Shown in pieces: positions 29,523 to 35,876 of a stretch of DNA of 64,000 nt. Location of the stretch: assembly GCA_049591455.1 (NCBI GenBank), contig JBAWFA010000015.1, forward strand, positions 75,143-139,142, written 5' to 3'. The position numbers and the translations under genes are program-made. How positions within the stretch are numbered: the stretch's first letter is position 1; every line of letters begins with the position of its first letter. The DNA comes from Gammaproteobacteria bacterium (GTDB taxonomy: Bacteria > Pseudomonadota > Gammaproteobacteria > Natronospirales > REEB76). The notes under the pieces are model-generated. The model saw only the letters and a list, made by a program, of their open reading frames with translations, had not been told where the DNA came from and searched no databases.

Positions 29523-30545
29523 TCAGTGGATCCCGCATTCGGCGAAGCCGCCGGCGAAGGCCTCGCGCCCTTTCTGGTCCATGTGCGCGTAGAGATATTT
29601 CCTCGCTGCACAGACTTTCAGTGCGTGGGGGTCCTTGTGTTTCAGTGCTGCCACCATGTCGAGCTTGCCGACAGGTGCGACATTACCCGGGCAGGTATAG
29701 CGTCGGTACGAATCACCTTTGGTGGTCAGCTTGGCTTTGTCATTACCGCACCAGACCGTGATGTAAGGATCGTCGGCATTCAAATCCCAGGGCCGATCGT
29801 TGACCAAAGTCATGGAGTCGGTCAACACCGTGATGGGCTGATAGAAACCGTCCGCATCGGTCTCCGGAAACGAATCTCCGCTTTTCGTCGTGGTTGTCGG
29901 CACTGGCCGGTTAGCCTGGTGGCAGGCGCCGCATTGATTGAGCCGGCGAAACTCCGCCATTTCCTGCTTGGCCTTGGCCGGCGCACCCGGATAGTAGAGT
30001 TTGAGCAGACTGTCGGCAGCCAGATTGTCGCCCGCGGGCCCGGTGCGCAGCCATGCGAAACCACTCAGCCATTTGGATGATTGGCCGGGAACCGGCTCGT
30101 AGACATGCCACCATGTTTTGCCGTTGGCGGCGATCATCGCGCCGCGCACATCGGAGATGCCATTGACCGTAAACATCGCTTGTATCTGTTTTTCGCCGCC
30201 ATCGATGCGGTCGGCCACGGTGCCCGGTGGGAATTTCAAGGTATAACGCTTCTGGTCAGCAAGCCACTGCACGCCGACGTTCTTGCCTGCCGGAACACGC
30301 AGCCAGACCATGACGTATTCATGAATGCTCTTGTCCGTCGGCAACCTCACGGGTGGTTCCATTTCCACGAAACCGGACTGCTGCCAGTGGCTAATGCTGT
30401 TGGGAATGCGAACCGCATGCAGTTGAATGTTCTGAGCGCAGACCGTGAGCGGACACAGCAACGCCAGCAAGCCGGCAACCCACAACCATCCCGGGAGCGC
30501 AGTCAGGGTGAGCCAGCAAATCGGCGGGTGCGAGAGCTGCTTCAT
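29523..30545 (-). CDS. Secreted hypothetical protein with a single CXXCH haem-c-type motif
   Basis: Start moved to MKQLSHPPICWLTLTALPGWLWVAGLLALL (RBS AAGAGGAAG upstream). Motif NQCGACHQ. No family recognised. The longer listed ORF (to 30710) would overlap repeat C and the next gene. Confidence 0.6.
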   Translation of the reverse strand: MKQLSHPPICWLTLTALPGWLWVAGLLALLCPLTVCAQNIQLHAVRIPNSISHWQQSGFVEMEPPVRLPTDKSIHEYVMVWLRVPAGKNVGVQWLADQKRYTLKFPPGTVADRIDGGEKQIQAMFTVNGISDVRGAMIAANGKTWWHVYEPVPGQSSKWLSGFAWLRTGPAGDNLAADSLLKLYYPGAPAKAKQEMAEFRRLNQCGACHQANRPVPTTTTKSGDSFPETDADGFYQPITVLTDSMTLVNDRPWDLNADDPYITVWCGNDKAKLTTKGDSYRRYTCPGNVAPVGKLDMVAALKHKDPHALKVCAARKYLYAHMDQKGREAFAGGFAECGIH

Positions 30546-30606
30546 GGGCTTCCTCTTTGGAATGGCTTCGAGTTCAGATTGAGCGGTATTGTTGCATGAA
30601 ACATGT

Positions 30607-30683
30607 TTAAGGAAGTGGATGGACCGAGGAGCGGAGATATTAACGTTTCCTGCCATAAGCCGTGGTCTGTTCCCGATTATTCC
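30607..30683 (+). repeat. HNH-3'-end-derived repeat, copy C (internal ~90-bp deletion)
   Basis: TTAAGGAAGTGGATGGACC joined to GAGGAGCGGAGATATTAACGTTTCCTGCCATAAGCCGTGGTCTGTTCCCGATTATTCC. Both halves align with 32325-32343 and 32430-32484. Confidence 0.8.
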
Positions 30684-30690
30684 CAGCATT

Positions 30691-31485
30691 TCATAATTCG
30701 CTATTCGCAAACTCCTCCGCCACGGCCCGAATTAATAAGATCATGTTAACAATGTCACCGTCTATTTGAAATTGCATCGGATACGTGTTTCCTATTTCAT
30801 CAATAAATAACGGTTCGAACTTTCCTAATCCATCAATTTCATCATGAACCTTCATGGCCCCATCAAAGTCACCATTTTTAAACATCGTATTGGCCTTACT
30901 TTCTAACCCTCGATATAGCAATACTTCCTCCGGTGTTAGAACACTTGGTGCTACATAATTTGGAATCCTGTGCGCCGCCGGGTCGCGTATAGTTTTCATG
31001 CCCTCATGCCACTGCTGATAATTTTTGAGTACCTGGCTCAGTGCTACATACCGTTTTCCTATGCGGGAAATAAAGCCGCCATTAAATAATCCAATTTTTT
31101 GTGGTGTCTTCTGCAATAAATCTAACGGATAGATAACAAACTCGAACTCCAATGCCCATGCAAGATTGTCTAGCACCCCCCTTATATGCAAATAAAGTGA
31201 ATTCAGATGTAAATCCAAATTAATCTGCTCACTATTATTTAGTGGCTCTTTTCTATCATTTTCTATCACTTCGTAGAGTGCTAAATAATTTTGCTGAATT
31301 ACGCGTAACCTTCTTGCAATACCAAGAATCATATAACGTTTAGCGTATTCATTCTTGCGATTATGACCAATTCGAATGCAAGCGACTATTTCGCTACTAA
31401 TCGCTGCATTAAGAAAAATAAATGCTAGATGTGTTCCTAGCTCGTGAGCTTCTGGAAGCCGAGAAAGATTATTAATAGCTGACAT
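30691..31485 (-). CDS. Hypothetical protein, AT-rich, with an Rx4H motif (possible HEPN-like)
   Basis: 264 aa, all-helical-looking, IRDPAAHRIP at about residue 165. Divergent from the HNH gene across a 63-bp gap. No family recognised with confidence. Confidence 0.5.
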   Translation of the reverse strand: MSAINNLSRLPEAHELGTHLAFIFLNAAISSEIVACIRIGHNRKNEYAKRYMILGIARRLRVIQQNYLALYEVIENDRKEPLNNSEQINLDLHLNSLYLHIRGVLDNLAWALEFEFVIYPLDLLQKTPQKIGLFNGGFISRIGKRYVALSQVLKNYQQWHEGMKTIRDPAAHRIPNYVAPSVLTPEEVLLYRGLESKANTMFKNGDFDGAMKVHDEIDGLGKFEPLFIDEIGNTYPMQFQIDGDIVNMILLIRAVAEEFANSEL

Positions 31486-31548
31486 TTATAATGCTCCGAA
31501 GAACAAATATTTATGCTGACATCTTAAAAATTCAGCTATGCTAATAGC

Positions 31549-32412
31549 ATGCCGGAACAAAAGTGGGATACCAAGGTCAGGCTGAGAGCCTTCCAGTGGC
31601 TGGACCACGTATCACCAGCACATGAGGATATTTTACCCAGAGCGGTACTACAGGATGGCTTTGAGCTGGGTGGGCAGCGAATCCATTTGATGTCGCCCCA
31701 AGGCATTTTTACCCCGCAAGGCTGCGATTACCCAATATCCATCACCACCGTCATGAACGGCCCGTACCCTGATCGATTCGAGGATGTCCATCGCCTCTCC
31801 TATCGGTATCGGGGCACAGACCCGAATCACCGCGACAATGTCGGACTACGCAACGCTATGCGTAATGACATACCGCTGGTGTATTTCTTTGCCGTGGCTC
31901 AAGGCCGCTATCAGGCTATCAAGCCGGTTTATGTAACCGGCGATGATCCAATGCGTTTAACATTCACGATCATGGCGGATGTAACAAGGACGTTTGAGAG
32001 CGCAATCGCACTAGAGTCAACAGTTGCCGATCCCGTACGCACAGAGCTGCGGCGCCAATACGCGACTGCGGCCGTGCAAGTCAGATTACATCAGGCTTCT
32101 TTCCGGGAACGGGTGCTGGATGCCTATCGGACCCACTGCGCCATGTGCCGACTCAAGCATCGGGAATTGTTGGATGCGGCGCATATCATCCCTGACGCTG
32201 ACCCCGGCGGGCATCCAGAAGTCTTTAATGGTCTCTCCTTATGCAAGATTCATCATGCCGCCTTTGATCGTAGGATCATCGGCATCCGGCCAGACTACGT
32301 GATCGAAGTGCGAGAAGACGTACTTAAAGAAGTGGATGGACCTATGCTGAAATATGGATTGCAGGCGCTGCATAATTCAGAATTGCTTTTGCCTTCCAGA
32401 TCTGCGGATTGA
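31549..32412 (+). CDS. SRA/PUA-like N-terminal domain + HNH nuclease (COG3440-type putative type IV restriction endonuclease). It ends at a TGA 16 codons before the ancestral stop (TAA 32458-32460).
   Basis: HNH core CAMCRLKHRELLDAAHIIPDADPGGHPEVFNGLSLCKIHHAAFD. N-terminal YRYRGTDPNHRDNVGLRNAMRNDIPLVYFF pattern. After TGA 32410-32412 the frame continues PSKDALERRYHSFVR*, which is conserved in repeat copies A and E. Confidence 0.75.
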   Translation: MPEQKWDTKVRLRAFQWLDHVSPAHEDILPRAVLQDGFELGGQRIHLMSPQGIFTPQGCDYPISITTVMNGPYPDRFEDVHRLSYRYRGTDPNHRDNVGLRNAMRNDIPLVYFFAVAQGRYQAIKPVYVTGDDPMRLTFTIMADVTRTFESAIALESTVADPVRTELRRQYATAAVQVRLHQASFRERVLDAYRTHCAMCRLKHRELLDAAHIIPDADPGGHPEVFNGLSLCKIHHAAFDRRIIGIRPDYVIEVREDVLKEVDGPMLKYGLQALHNSELLLPSRSAD

Positions 32413-32484
32413 CCATCGAAAGATGCGCTGGAGCGAAGATATCACAGCTTCGTGCGATAAATCGTAGCCTGTTCCCTATTACTC
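32325..32484 (+). repeat. HNH-3'-end repeat, master copy D (native 3' end of the gene + ~25-nt tail)
   Basis: Reference sequence to which copies A, B, C, E, F and G align. Confidence 0.8.
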
Positions 32485-32494
32485 TATTTATTTC

Positions 32495-33010
32495 TTATCT
32501 CCGCATTGACCCCGACAAACAACCGAGAATATCTTTGCCAGACTCATAGCCGTTGCATGTCTCGAAATAACTAGCGTTTGCCGGAAGAACACCTTCATGC
32601 GCAAAACTGTTTCGCTAGACAATTACATTACCATAAGAAGATTTAACACTAATTTTTTTAGAAACTAGAGACTTCTTCTCACATTTTTCAAGTGACTCAG
32701 AAAGTCTTCTTACATATTTTTCACCAAATTTTTTAACATGAAGTTCCTTTAGATCATTTAAGGATATTCGGCCATTAATGCGATCAAACACGCTACCACA
32801 ATATATGCCAAACGATTTGTGTTTTTTTTCAGCGAATGAAATGAATATATCCTTAATGCACAGTTCTAAAACGGTAACGACTGATACGCATAGAAACCCG
32901 ACGTAGTGATTGCGCAAAAAAGGATCGGCGAGCCCAGGTATAACTGTATCAAGATGAATAATAAGCCGATCTAGTGGTTCGAAACGGTCGGTATACACAA
33001 CCGTATTCAC
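32495..33010 (-). pseudogene. HEPN-family (RiboL-PSP/MAE_28990-like) nuclease gene interrupted by in-frame TAG at 32615-32617
   Basis: ORF 32615-33010 ends ...SSYGNVIV*. The same frame continues RNSFAHEGVLPANASYFETCNGYESGKDILGCLSGSMRR* to TAA 32495-32497, so the Rx4H catalytic motif lies immediately after the stop. GTGA start/stop overlap with the DUF262 gene. Confidence 0.65.
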
Positions 33011-34086
33011 TCGATTAGATGACTTTTCGCCGCCTTGAATCTTTCCTTCACAACAGCAACGTCGCTGGTACTATATAAAGTAGCTTCGTTAAATTTTTCA
33101 TCCTTTACAAGATCAGAGTATCTAGTACCAAGATTAGCAGGTATCTTGCGTCTATTCATAAGAATAGTTGCAAGTACCGAATCAAGTGCTGACACATTTA
33201 GACGACCGCCTCTCAAGTGAAATGGCTTTTCTGGTAAGTACTGAACCGTTTTAGCACATATCTCTGGAAATGCTTTAGAGAATTCAATCGCCTCTTTTGT
33301 GTCCCCAGATTGATGATTAAGCATCGCATTATTTAAAAACTCCTTCATCGGCTTCTCATATTTTTCAAATCCATAAGTAAGAGCAAAAATACGGAGTACA
33401 AGCTCTACATCTTTCTGGTGCCGATCAAAAGTATTTTTACCAACTAACTTTCTCCAGTTCTTATCTTGATTAGCTTTTCGCAAAACATTGACGATTCCAC
33501 CACGAAAGACACAATTTCGAATTTCCTGTGGCTTTAATGGAGTTCCGCCAGTATTTAATCTTTCGAAGATATGATAAATGCTTGTTTTTTCGCCTTTAGG
33601 ATTCATCTGCCTAATATTGATAGCGCGTAATACAGCCCCCTTCAATTTGCGCTGGTCACTTTCACCAAGGTCAGCAAAAGATTTTTTCGAGAATGGGCTC
33701 TTGTCACTAAGTCCTAAAAGACGAAATACTTGCTTCTTTCCTTGTATTGACTCTTCTCCAAAATACCCATCCATGAAATATACAATGGACATCATTCTTT
33801 AAAGGCCATCAATTACCAAACTGCGATTTTCATCGTCAACGTATAGGAACATCTGCGGTACAGGTAATCCCATCAAGAAAGATTCAATTAACAAGGACGA
33901 CTGATATATTGTCCATACAAAGTTTCTCTGAAAATCAGGGACGATCAAATCGCCTGAATGCCACATACTATGAATCCCACTCAATGTAAGATCTGACGGG
34001 TATGCGGTAATATCATATGGAACATATGGCTCATCGTCCTGCGCTTCTTCGACAACGCTTAGCTCATCTTCTTGGACTTGACTCAT
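33007..34086 (-). pseudogene. DUF262 (ParB-like nuclease/NTPase, GmrS-type) gene interrupted by in-frame TAA at 33799-33801
   Basis: ORFs 33799-34086 and 33007-33795 are in the same frame, separated by TAA + AGA. The junction reads VIDGL*RMMSIVYF, where the family signature is DGQQR. Upstream is VPDFQRNFVW, the DUF262 motif. Confidence 0.75.
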
Positions 34087-34164
34087 AACAAATCCTTATT
34101 AATTAATAAGTAGTCAGGCAAAAGGCAATTTCACACCCCGCAGTCATCGACAATCGATTCTACT

Positions 34165-34242
34165 TTATTCATTGCTCACCTGGTCCATCGAGTCGTACTT
34201 CACCGTTTCTATCAGTAAATAAAGATATTCATGCGATCGCGT
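34165..34242 (-). pseudogene. Decayed icmF 3'-end-like fragment (F2)
   Basis: The minus strand reads ...LLIETVKYDSMDQVSNE*, versus icmF ...[17 protein letters not shown]... DNA similarity starts at the shared GCGATCGCA, the same point where the F1/icmF homology ends. Confidence 0.45.
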
Positions 34243-34272
34243 GGGACCTTCTGATACGCTGCCCATTTAGGG

Positions 34273-34405
34273 TCAGGGATGTTGGATTGATCCGTAAACG
34301 ATGGCAAACATTATTCCGCCGAAGATGCAAAGTATGTAGGCCGCGATCACGACGATGGCGAATATCCCCATGTACTTCCACGGGGATTTCTGATGCCGGA
34401 GCGCG
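34273..34405 (-). pseudogene. Displaced 3'-end fragment of the 4-TM membrane-protein gene 35221-35661
   Basis: Translates (M)EDALRHQKSPWKYMGIFAIVVIAAYILCIFGGIMFAIVYGSIQHP*, versus intact EDALKHQKSFWKYLGIFAIVMIVAYIVIIIGGIAFAVIYGLGHHP*. About 75% nt identity by eye. Confidence 0.8.
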
Positions 34406-34429
34406 TCTTCCATGTCCCAAGCTATATAC

Positions 34430-35212
34430 TCATTTGCAACCTAGTTTACGCCACGTGGCCAGGTCATTCTTCTTCGCGGCAGCCAGGCATTCATCGCTGA
34501 GGTCAGTCTCCTCCTTCTTCGCTGCGTTTTGGCTCGCGGCTTCTTCAGCGCGCATTTTATCCATTAGCTGTTGCTTGGCTGACATCTGTTCCGCATACCA
34601 ATCATCATCTCCGCAATATCTTACATCTTCTGCATCATCCACTGCCTGAAGATTCTGCTCGGCGACTGCGATATCGGCTTTCGTTCCGCCCTTCTTTGCA
34701 ACCTTCAGGGCTGCTTTCATAGCATCTTCTTGCGCTGATAACGCAGCACACTTGGTTTGATGCACATGCAAGGCCGTGGTGAAATTAGCCGCGTCCTCGG
34801 GTACGTAAATGGCGAGCCCCGTGACGGAACCACGGATAATCGGCACAGAAGCACCAAAGGCGTAACCACCGTAATCATTGCTATTCCAAGTTGCTGTACT
34901 GATGGAGCCGGATGTGACGGTGCCAGCTGATTGCAAAAGGACACCGGTGGCGCCTGCATCCATGGCTTCTTCTTTAATACCCTCCAAGGCATTTTCCATC
35001 TTGCTTTCATCACTGAATCCACGGCCTTTTCCAGTGACCATGCCTATCACTTCATAGTGAGCTGGTGGCGAGAAATAGAGATATACGTTCTCCCAGTTAT
35101 CTATGACAGGTTGTCTCTCCTGCCCCTGCTCGACGATAGTTCCAGAACTGCACCCAGCCAAGAGAATCAGGAAACCACAGAAGACCCAAGTCTTCATGCT
35201 CTTAGTATTCAT
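34430..35212 (-). CDS. Lipoprotein, hypothetical
   Basis: Start moved to MNTKSMKTWVFCGFLILLAGCSSG (lipobox LLAGC). N-terminal globular part, C-terminal charged coiled-coil-like part. 8-nt gap after the upstream gene. Confidence 0.6.
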   Translation of the reverse strand: MNTKSMKTWVFCGFLILLAGCSSGTIVEQGQERQPVIDNWENVYLYFSPPAHYEVIGMVTGKGRGFSDESKMENALEGIKEEAMDAGATGVLLQSAGTVTSGSISTATWNSNDYGGYAFGASVPIIRGSVTGLAIYVPEDAANFTTALHVHQTKCAALSAQEDAMKAALKVAKKGGTKADIAVAEQNLQAVDDAEDVRYCGDDDWYAEQMSAKQQLMDKMRAEEAASQNAAKKEETDLSDECLAAAKKNDLATWRKLGCK

Positions 35213-35220
35213 CACTGCCT

Positions 35221-35661
35221 TCAAGGATGATGGCCCAATCCATAAATAACGGCAAAAGCTATTCCGCCGATGATGATAACGATATATGCCACGATCATAA
35301 CAATCGCGAATATTCCCAAATACTTCCAAAAGGATTTCTGGTGCTTGAGGGCATCTTCAAGCGCGGCCTGCCCGGACGCCGGGATGCGTGTAATGGCATT
35401 GCCATAGCGCATCAGATACAGGCAGGGAATCAGATAAAAGAAAACCGCCATCAGGATATAAAGAATCCCAAAGACAGGGCCGAAAACCGGCGACAGTCCG
35501 GATCGCGCAGGCATGGCAGAGAAGCCCGCGAACATGACCAGTCCGGCGAGCACCATGAACGCCATCACTACGAACCCCAGGATCGCGAGAAATTTCACCC
35601 ACGGACGCGTGGCATTCAAGGCGTCCAGCATGTCATCTGAAACTACGATTTGCTCGGCCAT
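35221..35661 (-). CDS. Small polytopic (about 4 TM) membrane protein, hypothetical
   Basis: 146 aa. WVKFLAILGFVVMAFMVLAGLVMF..., FGILYILMAVFFYLIPCLYLMRY..., C-terminal FWKYLGIFAIVMIVAYIVIIIGGIAFAVIYGL. Confidence 0.6.
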   Translation of the reverse strand: MAEQIVVSDDMLDALNATRPWVKFLAILGFVVMAFMVLAGLVMFAGFSAMPARSGLSPVFGPVFGILYILMAVFFYLIPCLYLMRYGNAITRIPASGQAALEDALKHQKSFWKYLGIFAIVMIVAYIVIIIGGIAFAVIYGLGHHP

Positions 35662-35876
35662 CTTCCTTCTCCCCGGTTAGTTATCGTTGGAATCCCGATT
35701 AAATCTAGTCCAGTTGATGGAGACTCGCAACAAACTTCTCACAGCATTTCCACGGTCCTAAATCCCTGGGGCTGGCCCTATTGCGCAGGGGATAGATGAC
35801 TGAGGCCAGGCCACGTCAGACTTCTGCTGCTCCACAGCCTGACGGGCACTGGTTCCACCGGCACCGGAGAACACCC

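Noticed and set aside
30546-30710. N-terminal extension of ORF 29523-30710 overlapping the next gene
   Set aside because: The extension runs through HNH-repeat copy C and into gene 30691-31485. An internal Met with a good RBS and a signal-peptide-like sequence (30545) is the plausible start.
22293-32484. Classical integron cassette array
   Set aside because: No intI-type integrase or attI is present in the window. The repeats are not imperfect palindromes with RYYYAAC/GTTRRRY cores but pieces of a protein-coding 3' end. Retained as an unexplained cassette-like array instead.
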